DNA of 64,000 bases from Octopus sinensis (taxonomy: Eukaryota), in NCBI RefSeq assembly GCF_006345805.1, contig NC_042997.1, forward strand, positions 206,770,001 through 206,834,000. Direction: 5' to 3'. Positions 23,408 to 34,258 of the stretch are shown in pieces; position 1 is the first letter of the stretch; every line of letters begins with the position of its first letter. The notes under the pieces were generated by a model. It made no database searches. It was given only the letters and a program-made list of their open reading frames with translations, and had not been told where the DNA came from. Both the position numbers and the translations under genes were made by a program.

Positions 23408-26400
23408 CATCATCATCATCATCGTTTAGTGTCCGTTTTCCATGCTAGCATGGGTTGGACAGTTCTACTGGGGTCTGTGAAGCCAGAAGGCTTCATCAGG
23501 CCCAGTCAAATCTGGCAGTGTTTCTACGGCTGGATGCCCTTCCTAACGCCAACCACTCCTAGAGTGTAGTGGGTGCTTTTCACGAGCCACCCGCACAGGT
23601 GCCAGACAGAGCTGGCAAACGGCCACGAACGGATGGTGCTTTTTATGTGCCACCGGCACGAGGGCCAGGCGAGGCTGGCAACGGACACGAAACGGGGCGG
23701 TGCTGGCAACGGTCGCGAAACGGAAGGTTCTCTTACATGCCACCGGCACTGGTAACACATCTGCAGTTTCCATTGATCTATTTCCATTGATCGATTTCGA
23801 TTCTGATCCTCACTTGCCTCAACGGGTCTTCACAAGTAGAGTTTCGACATGCCACCGGCACTGGTAACACATCTGCAGTTTCCATTGATCTATTTCCATT
23901 GATCGATTTCGATTCTGATCCTCACTTGCCTCAACGGGTCTTCACAAGTAGAGTTTCGACATGCCACCGGCACTGGTAACACATCTGCAGTTTCCATTGA
24001 TCGATTTCGATTCTGATCCTCACTTGCCTCAACAGGTCTTCACAAGTAGAGTTTTGTGTCCCAAGAAGGGAAGGTATGCATACGTAGGCTGGCTCCATCC
24101 TATGTAGAAGGCCACGGGTTATGGACTCACTTGTCCTGCCGGGTCTTCTCGCGCACAGCACACTTCCAGAGGACTCGGTCTCTAGTCATTTCCTCAGTGA
24201 GACCTAAAGTTCGAGGGTTGTGCTTCACCACCTCGTCCCAGGTTTTCCTGGGTCTGCCTCTTCCACAGGTTCCCTCAACCGCTAGGGTGTGGCACTTTTT
24301 CACACAACTATCTTCATCCATTCTCACCACATGACCATACCAGCGCAAACGTCTCTCTTGCACACCACAACTGATGCTTCTTAGGTCCAGCTTTTCTCTC
24401 AAGGTACTTACACTCTGCCGAGTATGAGTACTTACATTACACATCCATCGGAGCATACTGGCTTCATTTCTTGCGAGCTTACGCATATCCTCAGCAGTCA
24501 CGGCCCATGTTTCACTGCCATGTAGCATGGCTGTTCATACACACGCATCATACAGTCTGCCTTTCACTCTGTGCGAGAGGCCTTTTGTCACCAGCAGAGG
24601 TAAGAGCTCTCTGAACTTTGCCCAAGCTATTCTTACTCTAGCAGTTACACTTTCAGCACACCCGCCCCCACTGCTGACTTGGTCACCTAGGTAACGGAAA
24701 CTATCAACTATTTCTAGTTTTTCTCCCTGGAAAATGACGGAAGTTGGTCTCAGAGCATTTTCAGTGTTTATTGTTCCTGAGCATCTGCCACATACAAAAA
24801 CCATCTTCCTAGTTAGCCTTCCTTTGACATTGCTGCACCTCTTATGTGTCCATAGCTTACACTTGGTGCATCTTATAGAGTTTCTACCTACACCTTTTCT
24901 ACAGATCGAGCAGGGCCATCTACCTGAAGGCGTTTGGGATTTATCTACCTTCCTACTGATTACGACTTTGGTTTTAGCTAGATTGATTCTGAGGCCCTTC
25001 GATTCTAATCCTTGTTTCCACACCTGAAACTTCTCCTCCGGTTCTGATAGCGACTCAGCAATTAAAGCAAGGTCATCAGCATAGAGGAGCTCCCAAGGGC
25101 ATCCTGTCTTGAATTCCTCCGTTATTGCCTGGAGGACTATAATAAATAGGAGGGGGGCTGAGTACTGAGCCTTGGTGGACCCCTACCTCTACCCAGAATT
25201 CTTCACTGTACTCGTTTCCAACCCTCACCCTACTAGCGGCGTCCCTATACATGGCCCGCACAGCTCTCACTAACCATTCATCTATCCCTAGTTTCCTCAT
25301 TGCCCACCAGATAAGGGATCGGGGGACCCTGTCGAAGGCTTTCTCCATGTCAACAAAAGCCAGGTACAGGGGCTTATCTTTGGCTAGTATTTCTCCTGCA
25401 GCTGCCTTACCAGGAATATAGCATCAGTAGTACTTTTCCCTGGCACAAACCCAAACTGCATCTCATCTAAACTAACTCTCTCTCTAACTAGTTGGGCTAT
25501 GACCCTCTCCGTACCTTCATCACCTGATCCAACAGCTTGATACCTCTGTAGTTATTTGTATCTAGGGCGTCACCTTTACCTTTGTAGCATTGACTATTAT
25601 GCTGCTACACCAGTCATTGGGTATGACTCCTTGTGTATCACCTGATTAACTATACGGGTGACTAGGCTATAGCCGACACTACCAGACATTTTGAGCATCT
25701 CTGCAGTGATTCCTGATGGGCCTGGGGCTTTCCCTGTCTTCATGCTTCTAATTGCCTTAGCTACCACGGAACTATCAACTCGGATAGCTGGTCCCTCTGT
25801 TGGGTCAACATTCGGCAGACTCTCTTTATCCCATTCATTTTCTTTATTCAGCAACCTTTCATAGTGGCATCTCCAAACCTCTCTTTTTGCTGAACATTGG
25901 CAAATTTTTTCTTATCTGCTTCCCTCTGGCTAAATAAACCTGTCTCCTAGCTTCTCTTTTTGGCAGTCTGATACAATTCTCTGCTACCCCCATTTTTCCA
26001 GACCTTCCAAGCCTGTCTCTTTTCTCTAATACCCTGTCTACAATATTGTTCCACCATCACGTTATTCTAGGTCAAGAGGGGACTTTGCACCAGTCACAGA
26101 TCTGGTCAGTGGCTCTCAGCAGGTTGTCCCTTAGAAACGTCCAGCTGTCTTCTACCCCCTGTGATGCTCTATCCCCTTCTACTTCATCAGAGGCTTCAAG
26201 TAATATGTCCCTAAATCTCTGTCCATTTGCAGGATCTTTAAGCTTCCAGATCCTTCTTCTCCATATTGGTTGTCCTCCTAGTCCTGATCCTAAAGTCACT
26301 AACTACCAGTCTATGTTGGTGGGGTACATTCTTCACCTGGGAAGGTTTTGGCATTTATAAGCAGCCATCTCTCCCTTTGCCTTGCAAGGATGTAGTCAAT

Positions 26401-26853
26401 TTGGCTGGTATGTTGGCCCGATCGGTAAGTGACTAAGTGGCTGGTAGGTTTCCTGAAGTTAGTGTTGCAAATCATAAGATTTTTGCATCGCAGAACTCCA
26501 GCAGCCTGGTTCCCTCCTCGTTGCGGAGCCATAGCCATAGCCTCCATGTACGCCATGGGAGCCCCAGCATGTCGTCCAACGTGACCATTGAAGTCACCAG
26601 CCACAAAGATAAGGTCTCTGTCGTCCGTCAACGAGGTAGTCTGCAGTAGAGTGTCATAGAATCAGTCTTTCTGTCCATCGGGTAGCCCCGACTGAGGAGC
26701 ATAGGCTGATATAATGGTTGCTAAACTATGATGAAGCACTAATCTAATCTTAAGTATTCTGTCACATACTCTGATTACCTCAATTACTTATCTACCCATT
26801 TCTCAGCGTATAAGTATACCCACGCCACCAACCCCGTCAGTGTTCCCTGCCCA
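23408..26853 (-). mobile_element. Young 5'-truncated RTE LINE (APE C-terminal half, RT, 3' UTR, (GAT)n tail)
   Basis: Minus-strand ORF pieces read FVAGDFNGHVG, ICNTNFRKP..QIDYIL, KAPGPSGITAEML, MEKAFDRVPR..GVHQGSVLSP, LLYADD (near 25080), FRYLGD..RVRIAWAKF, HGSETW..RLRWYGHVVRM..GRGRPRKTW. The (CAT)n tail is at 23408-23423. It has few frameshifts and an internal deletion of about 125 bp near 25890 relative to the older copy. Confidence 0.93.
23735..24054. repeat. Three tandem ~112 bp repeats inside the RTE 3' UTR
   Basis: gccaccggcactggtaac recurs at 23739, 23851 and 23963. The third unit lacks a 13 bp internal duplication. Confidence 0.9.
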
Positions 26854-27059
26854 AAATCAAATATCAATTACCAGATAATACTCAATCACATACTTTATTA
26901 AAACCACCACATAAAGAGACTGTAGGGTTAAATATAAAGCAGAACAAATCAGTGTACATAAAGGAATGTACATTAAAAAGTGTACATAAAAGAGTAATGT
27001 TGTATAATAAGTAGAATATATATGTGATTAAGTATTATCTGGTAATTGATATTTGATTT
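26854..27059. mobile_element. ~205 bp MITE-like element with 39 bp terminal inverted repeats
   Basis: 26854-26892 (aaatcaaatatcaattaccagataatactcaatcacata) matches the reverse complement of 27021-27059 with 1 mismatch. Confidence 0.7.
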
Positions 27060-27289
27060 AGATGTATTTCTACATTTTCTTATCTTGTATTAGTAATTTA
27101 TGGTAAATCATTTTACCTTTGCCCATATAATACAGTAAATGAATTGATTGCATCGCAATCATTAACATTTATCTATTAACTTTGTTGGGTACTTCACTAG
27201 CAGTATATTGGATATACGTTATCCCATGGAGGGTTGCATTTACAACCCCTATCTCAATTTGTATATATAATATATATATATATATATAT

Positions 27290-27660
27290 AGGCACAGGAG
27301 TGACAGTGTGGTAAGAAGCTTGCTTCCCAATCACATGGTTACAGGTTCAGTTCTACTGTGTAGCACTTTGGACAAGTGTCTTCTAGTATAACTTTGGGCT
27401 GACCAAAGCCTTATCAGTGGATTTGGTAGATGGAAACTGAAGGAAGCCTATTATGTATGTGTGTGTGTATTTGTGTCTCTGTGTTTGTTCCACCCCACCA
27501 TCATTTGACACGAAGTTGGTGCATTTATGTCCCCGTAACTTAGTAGTTCGGCAAAAAGATACTGATAGAATAAGTACTAAACTTACAAAGAATGAGTCCT
27601 TGGGTCGATTTGTTTGACTAAAGGCAGTGCTCCAGCATGGCCACAGTGAAAAATGAAAAA
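27290..27660 (+). mobile_element. Cephalopod tRNA-derived SINE (second family, with internal (TG)n)
   Basis: tRNA-like head ggcacaggagtgacagtgtggtaagaagc...ggttcagttctact, internal gtgtgt tract and ..ggtgctccagcatggcc.. 3' region. Related fragments lie at 4425, 21520 and 29584. Confidence 0.75.
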
Positions 27661-28255
27661 CAAACCAGAAACGAATTAAAAAAAACAACACACATATACA
27701 CATATATAATTTACAAAAAAAACTTTGTCTAATGACAATGTAATACGTACGTACTATGAGCACACAGGCTGTTTTACCACTAAACTCTGGCTTGAACAAC
27801 AACTTAAATGAAAGTGTTGTTGAAGCTGCCTATCAAAGATGGCTATAAGTGGTACATCATTGAGCTGGTAGATATATATTAGAAAAAGAGACAAACAAAT
27901 ATAACCTGCAGTGGTTTAGAGTATGTAATTTTTCATTGAAATGTAATTGCAGATATAAAAGTTGAGAGATATACAATTATATTAGTATGTGTATGTATGT
28001 GTGTCAGGTCACTTATGAGGTTCTCATAAGTGCTACTGGTAACGTGGAATTCAGTACAACATGTTGCATGTTTGGGTTGTTGTTGACTAAACCAGCACTC
28101 CACCAGGCTACCCTGGTGACAAGGGTTCCCAGAAACCCAGCAGGTTTGAAAACAAGACCTGTTGAAAGGTCGGATGAATCTAGTGCAGTCTCAACAGCTA
28201 TCTCGCATATGAGGTAAAAATATTGGTGAAAAGGATAAATAAATAAAGGTTGATA

Positions 28256-28620
28256 TCATCATCATCATCATCATCATCATCGTTTAACGTCCGTTCTCCA
28301 TGCTGGCATGGGTTGGACGGTTTGACTGGGGATCTGGGAAGCCAGAAGGCTGCACCAGGCTCCAGTCTGATCTGGCAGAGTTTCTACGGTTGGATGCCCT
28401 TCCTAACGCCAACCACTCCGTGAGTGTAGTGGGTGCTTTTTACGTGCCACCTGCACAGGTGCCAGGCGAGGCTGGCAATGGCCACGGTCGGATTGGTGTA
28501 TTTTACGTGCCACTGGCACGGAAGCCAGTCGATGCGGTGCTGGCATCGGCCACGAGTGGGATGGTGCTTTTTACGTACCACCAGACCAGGGATCCTGGCT
28601 GGTTCAATTCGATTTCGATT
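28256..28620 (-). mobile_element. RTE 3' UTR-only retroposon (short 5'-truncated copy) with (GAT)n tail
   Basis: Same 3' sequence as the RTE at 23408 (catcatc..gtttaacgtccg..ccatgctggcatgggttggac..ggatgcccttcctaacgccaaccactcc). Confidence 0.85.
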
Positions 28621-28839
28621 GAACCGAACCAGCCAGGATCGGTTCAATCGATATAAAAATCATATATATCGATATATCGATTAAAAATCATATTAGATTT
28701 AAGGTTTACAAAACGTTGAATTAAGGATTAAAAGTTGTAAGATACATAGGCAGCAGTGAGAAATCCTAATGATGGATTTAAAAGTTTAGAGAAGTTCCAA
28801 AGAAATATTTATAGAAAGTTATAACATCAATATGAAGCA

Positions 28840-28923
28840 ATTCGATGGTTGTTTCTGGAGTGCATTAGTGAACAGGTATGGATCTTTTGGTGTCACACTG
28901 ACAATGTCTCCTTCGTCAGGAAT
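28840..28923 (-). ncRNA. Degenerate hammerhead-like motif with branched stem II (PLE-type terminus)
   Basis: Minus strand reads AUUC-CUGACGA-A-GGAG..(CAUU/AAUG; GUCA-GUG-UGAC hairpin)..CUCC-A-GAAA-C-AACC-AUC-GAAU. Stem I is AUUC/GAAU and the stem III pair is broken (AUC instead of GUC). Confidence 0.5.
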
Positions 28924-28978
28924 AAGTAAATAGGTAATTAATTATGTTTGAAGACATGTAAGAGGAGAGAAAAGAAAA

Positions 28979-29050
28979 CTTTAGGTTAGATTACATTAGG
29001 CGCCGGCTACTCTATCGAGTAGCCGGCGCCTAACGTAATCTAACCTAAAG
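28979..29050. repeat. 72 nt hairpin with 34 bp arms and 4 nt loop
   Basis: ctttaggttagattacattaggcgccggctactc-tatc-gagtagccggcgcctaacgtaatctaacctaaag; 33 of 34 positions pair. Confidence 0.95.
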
Positions 29051-29496
29051 ATACTGAACACTTTTACAATGACTCATGTTTATACATGAAAGGAGATATC
29101 TAGTGTAGAATGTTGGGAAAATTCTTTTTAAAAAATGAGAAGAAGCAGGGCTGCTAAATACTTCATTTCTTATATTTCATGGTATAGAGTTTCATGAAAC
29201 ATGAGTGGAATTTATATATATTTTATTTACATATTTTAATTTTATTTCTATTTTATTATTTTCCCTTCTTGTGTATATATTATATATTTTTTGTATGTAT
29301 ACTTGTAAAAACAAATGTTTTGTTATTTAAGCAACCAGTAAAACAATACATTTTTCAGTTACTCATATCAGAGTAACACTCACTGTAAACATATTAATAA
29401 GATTGAAGTAAAATTATCTGCCCCCAAGAAGCCATCTCTACTCGTTCTTGCAAATATATATATACCATACCAAGAACTTCCTCTTTATTATTCTAC

Positions 29497-29529
<33 letters not shown>

Positions 29530-29656
29530 TACATATATATTATATGTATATATATACACTCTCTCTCTCTCTCTTTTAACTCTCTTACTTATTTCAGTTA
29601 TTTGACTGTGGCCATGTGGTTTGTTAGCAAGCTACTTACACACAAACACTCCTGCG

Positions 29657-29697
<41 letters not shown>

Positions 29698-29948
29698 ATA
29701 CATATAGAAGTAGAAAAAAGCAGGGTTCCAACAAGGTTCAGCCCTCCGTCCCCTTTTATTCATCAGTCCTCCAGGCAATAACAGAGGAATTCATGATGGG
29801 CTGCCCCTGGGAGCTCCTCTATGCTGATAACTGGCCCTCATAGCAGAATCACTACCGGAACTAGAAAAGAAATTTCAGGTGTGGAAGCTAGATTGGAATC
29901 AAAAGGCCTTAGAGTCAATGTAGCAAAGACCCAAAGTCCTAGAAATTT

Positions 29949-30316
29949 GTAAGGCAAACACACCACAATACCCCTTCTTGTTCAAGAACATAACACACAA
30001 CCAGCCAGGGAAATTGAACTCATTACCTCATGATTGTGAGCCCGATGCTTTAACCACTGAGCAGGCACCTTCATGTATTTTAATATTTAGCAATAATTAT
30101 TTCTAAAGTAAAAAAGATAGAAATGACAACAAGTAAGGCAAAACACCACATACCCTTCTGCTCAAGAAATAAACACCCAACCCAGCCAGGAAATTGAACT
30201 CATTACCTCATGATTGTGAGCCGATGCTTTAACCACTGAGCCAGGCACCTTCATGTATTTTAATATTTTAGCAATAATTATTTCTAAAGTAAAAAAAGAT
30301 AGAAAATGACAACAAC
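29949..30316. repeat. Two tandem ~184 bp copies differing mostly by homopolymer indels; contain a tRNA-SINE head fragment
   Basis: gtaaggcaaa..gattgtgagc..aaatgacaacaa occurs at 29949 and 30133. Confidence 0.8.
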
Positions 30317-30352
30317 ACTGTGAATGATAGAAAAATATTCTATTGAATAGTT

Positions 30353-30358
30353 TTTATT
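30353..30358 (-). terminator. Candidate AATAAA polyadenylation signal of the PARP gene
   Basis: Plus-strand tttatt lies about 120 nt downstream of the inferred TGA at 30479. Confidence 0.35.
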
Positions 30359-30478
30359 CTTACAAAAGACCCTGGGGTTGCACACTAGAATTAGAGAATT
30401 TCCTGTATTTTCTTAGTCTTTCTTCTGTTAAATATATTCCTGTTCACATTATATGTGTTTTATGAATTCCAATTATAT

Positions 30479-30742
30479 TCAGTGATTAGAGAATGTAATC
30501 AAATATTTAGGATATGCCTGAGAGTCATGGAAAATAACATAAATTTGGGTCTTTGAATATTATACAGCAGAATTGTATGAATCCTGTAAAACTTTTAATC
30601 GTGTTGTCCTCGCATCACTTTTCCACAAGAACACTGCATTGGTATATTCTCTTTGTTCCGTGACGGTCAGGAGTAGAATAGGTATCATTTGCAGAATATT
30701 GGATGTCTCTGGCAAAATAAACACCTTCACCAAATGCTGTGG
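30479..30742 (-). CDS. PARP14: PARP14/PARP15-like gene, terminal coding exon of the catalytic domain (4 apparent frameshifts)
   Basis: Acceptor cttcttAG|CC is phase 1. It reads ATAFGEGVYFARDIQYSANDTYSTPDRHGTKRIYQCSVLV, then with shifts GKVMRGQH / LKVLQDSYNSAV / NIQRP / QIYVIFHDSQAYPKYLITFSNH-stop. This matches the YSANDTYSxPD..G.K and F.D.QAYPEYLITF motifs of PARP14/15. The symbol denotes family similarity, not proven orthology. Confidence 0.85.
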
Positions 30743-31218
30743 CTAAGAAGAGAAAAAAAAAAAAATATATATATAGCAAATAAGAAAATGTATGTATGTT
30801 ATTATGGTTGTCGTGTTGATAAATAAACAAGTTAACATTTTAATGTCCTAAATTTGATGAACCAACTATTGTGTTCCTCCATTTTCTTATTTGCAATATA
30901 AATTAATGGTATAAATACCTCTTTATCTCACCCATTTAATACAAGAGGTAAGGTAATTGCAATGCAATTAAAAAACTGTGTATTAATAATTGGTATATAC
31001 AACAGTATATAAGAGATAGGTATTATCCCTTAGTGGGTTGGATCCACAACCCCTAACTTTCTTGGAGTTATACTATATATATATTATATATATATAGTTA
31101 TAGGTGGTGTGTGTGTGTGTATGTGTATACATGCATCATATATTTATATAATTAATATTAGAAGTAAAAATATAAAATAAACAGAATTGAAAGTCCTAAA
31201 ACTCTGTAACACACACAC

Positions 31219-31850
31219 AGGGGTTCATCAAGGATCAGTCCTTAGTCCCCTCCTTTCTTCATTGTCCTCCAGGCCATAACAGAACAATTCAAGACCGGCA
31301 GTCTCCGGGCACTACTATATGCTGATCCTCTTGTCCTCATAGCTGGTTCCATATCAGAGCTAGAAGAGAATTCCAGGTGTGGAAGCAAACCTGGATTCTA
31401 ACTTAGCAATGGTTAAGGTCCTAGCAAGCAAGAAAACTGACAGGATCCTCCCCAACTCATGTAGGTGGCCCTATTCAATTGGTAGGAAAGGTGTAGGCAG
31501 TAGGGGACCAAATAATGGGGGGGGGAAGATGCAAGAAGAGTGTGATAGCTAGAAGAAGAATAGGGCGGAGGAAAATTCAGAGAGCTTTTACCTCTGTTGG
31601 CCCCAAAAGGTTCTGTTTCTGAGTGAAAGAAGATGTATGATGTATGTTATATTGACAGCAATTCTACAAGGTAATGAGATGTGGGCCCTGAATGCAGAGG
31701 GCATGCGAAGGTTGGAGAGGATGAGGCTAGTATGCTCTGCTGGATGTGTTATGTAAGTGTACAGGTTCAACAGAGTGCCACTGTTCTGAGAGAGAAGTTA
31801 CCCATAAGAGGAATTGGTTGCTGGGTGCAAGATGGATGTCTTCAGATCTT
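31219..31850 (+). mobile_element. Degenerate RTE RT fragments
   Basis: gggttcatcaaggatcagtccttagtcccc (GVHQGSVLSP), MWALNAEGMRRLERMRLVC and LREKLPIRGI, with many indels. Confidence 0.75.
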
Positions 31851-32150
31851 GTTTTACACTTCAGGCAATTCTTACTGAAATCCTGGGACCTTCAAGCTGA
31901 CAAGAATTTTAGGTAGTGGTCTAATGGGGACAACCCCTTGTGCTTGACCTTTCTTTTTTGTCTGTGTATTTGAAAACAAGCCATGTAGCCTTTCCTCTTT
32001 CCATTTTGAAGAGAGGTTATAAGCTACTGACCATTAGGGTCTGACTAGACATGTGTAAAACAAAGCACTTTATGGACGCAAAACCCTGGCCAACCCTATG
32101 AACCAGCCATAACTAGATTCTCTAAGATACATACATACATATATATATAT

Positions 32151-32182
<32 letters not shown>

Positions 32183-32211
32183 ATATATTAATTATTTATA
32201 TATATATATAT

Positions 32212-32249
<38 letters not shown>

Positions 32250-32250
<1 letters not shown>

Positions 32251-32401
32251 TTGGCGTTAGGAAGGGCATCCAGTGTAGAAACATGCCAGATAAGACTGGA
32301 GCCTGGTGCAGCCTTCTGGCTTCCAGATCCCCGGGTGAACCGCCCAACCCATGCTAGCATGGAGAACGGACGTTAAACGATGATGATGATGATGATGATG
32401 A
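32250..32401 (+). mobile_element. RTE 3' tail fragment with (GAT)n
   Basis: ggcgttaggaagggcatcc..catggagaacggacgttaaacgatgatgatg. Confidence 0.8.
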
Positions 32402-32524
32402 TATATTATATATTATAATAAGTTTGTTTTCAAAGCGTTTTAAATGTATTGTAGAACAAGTAGAAAGATTTTTTTTATTCAACGCATAAATACTGAACAG
32501 TATGTATATATATATATATATATA

Positions 32525-32716
32525 ATAGATCGTTAGCTCCTACACACATTTTTTTTCTCTCCTTGTTTTTTTTTCTGTGTATCTTTCTGTCGAAGAGCGT
32601 AGGCTCGAAACGTAAAAGACTTGTTCTATTTCTATTCCTGAGCGCTATACTAATACATTTGTTTGTTTGTACTTCACCTCCCTTCGTCTTTTGTTTATTC
32701 TCGTAAACCTTCCTGT
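32525..32716 (+). mobile_element. ~190 bp non-coding element in (TA)n carrying a minimal hammerhead-like motif (32582-32619)
   Basis: UCUUU-CUGUCGA-A-GAGC(GUAG)GCUC-GAAA-CGU-A-AAAGA. Stem I UCUUU/AAAGA, stem II GAGC/GCUC, self-complementary ACGU stem III and GUA triplet are present; core position 6 is U rather than A. (TA)n lies on both sides. Confidence 0.6.
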
Positions 32717-33557
32717 TATATATATATATATAAAGTATAAAATCCTTTTAAGAGCAAAACAATTTGCCAGCAGCCAGCCATGAGGATCGAACTCACACTC
32801 TTCTAATATCTGGTTGCGGTGCTCTTTTCAAACCAATAAGCTAGGTAGGAGTGCAAAACTGGGCGACAGGTAAACCATCTACTCCTAAAGTATTTTTATT
32901 TAGACACCATCTCAAGGAAGGTTGCTAACCAAAGCTAAAGAGTATCATGCTACCTTAACACACAGTCTTGAATGACCATTGACTACGAGAGCAGTTCTTT
33001 GCCCTTTAACGGGTCTTATTTTGGTCCCGCAGGGTGTCCAACAATCACCCTCCCAACTAAGCAATGCTCGGTGGCGTTAAGTCACCAACGACCCGACCAT
33101 GCAAAAGGTTGTACTGGATTACATGGTACCAGTGGTGCACAAGAGCAACCTGATATGTAAATCTAGCAATCAACAACACCCCTTCTAATGCCTTTCTTGC
33201 AATTGTTGATTTACAAAGATTAAAGAGAAGCATTAATGCTAACCAATCCCCACAGTTTAGAAGGGTCTGAAAAGGGGATGGGCAGCCCCTTCCTCCCATC
33301 CAGCAAGAAAATCAAGTAAAAGTGTTGGTTCCACAATAATAAAATACACCTGGTTACTCTAGAGCAGAAGATATTAGGAAGGGGACCTGGCAGTAGAAAC
33401 GATGCCAAACATGGAATGTGTGAGCAACATGACATCCTCTGTCCTCTCTGAGTGAGAAAGGATTCTAAACAGCAATCAATGTGGACAGTGACAGTCTGTC
33501 CAGCTCAGGACAATAGGAAGGGTGGGTAGATGATGATGTTGATTATAATATACTTAC

Positions 33558-33735
33558 CATTTCTACCACAATAGCTACGGTTGAATCCTGATTTATTTAT
33601 TCCCTCAACAGCTCCTTCAGCAGTACCATGCCAAAGGCCATCAACTTCATTTGTAATCTTTGGATTTTCTTCCTCAAACTTTTTTTTCAATGCTTGGTAT
33701 CCCTGGTACAATGTTTTATTTTGAATTCTCTCAAT
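33558..33735 (-). CDS. PARP14: PARP14/15-like catalytic-domain exon (HGT motif)
   Basis: ttctacAG|ATT...AAT G|GTAAGT; 178 nt, phase 0 to 1. Reads IERIQNKTLYQGYQALKKKFEEENPKITNEVDGLWHGTAEGAVEGINKSGFNRSYCGRN. Confidence 0.92.
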
Positions 33736-34124
33736 CTGTAGAAAAGGAAAATACATTTATGAAAAAACAATCAATTCACTTCTTTGACAAGGAAATAACG
33801 TTTGTGGTGAAAACCCCCAACCCTATCTGCTTTTTTTTTTCTTTTTTATTTGATACCAATTTTGATTCGGCTGTAAATTTTGGTAAGGCATAATAGTTTA
33901 GCTGCAAAATGGTGTTGCATTTACAATTCAATGCAAGAAGTTAAAGCAGAGGTATTTTTGTTGAGCAAAGATTTCTTGTGAATATCCAAAAACACATAGA
34001 ACCATCCCAAAATAGGTTCATACAATGAGATTTAAATCTTTCATACAAACAAAATGTCTCTTAACATTTTGTTTTAACAATAAGCCATCAAATATTGTTT
34101 ATAAACAGAAATGAAAATACAAAC

Positions 34125-34258
34125 TTTGATTATACGATAGGAAGGCAAATTCCGACGGAAAGTGGCCTGGATGTCGTCATATTCTGGTCCATTTGTGACT
34201 GGAACAATTTTAAATAATTCCTTGTCTCCCATTGGTGACCATGTAACATGGACCGATT
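34125..34258 (-). CDS. PARP14: PARP14/15-like exon at the start of the catalytic domain
   Basis: ggcctctAG|AA...ATC AAA|GTTTGT; 134 nt, phase 1 to 0. Reads (E)SVHVTWSPMGDKELFKIVPVTNGPEYDDIQATFRRNLPSYRIIK and joins the next exon as the canonical I-IKIERIQN. Confidence 0.88.

Noticed and set aside
27290-27365. tRNA genes (also 21107, 30005, 32770)
   Set aside because: These are tRNA-like A/B-box heads that continue into SINE bodies and do not close a cloverleaf.
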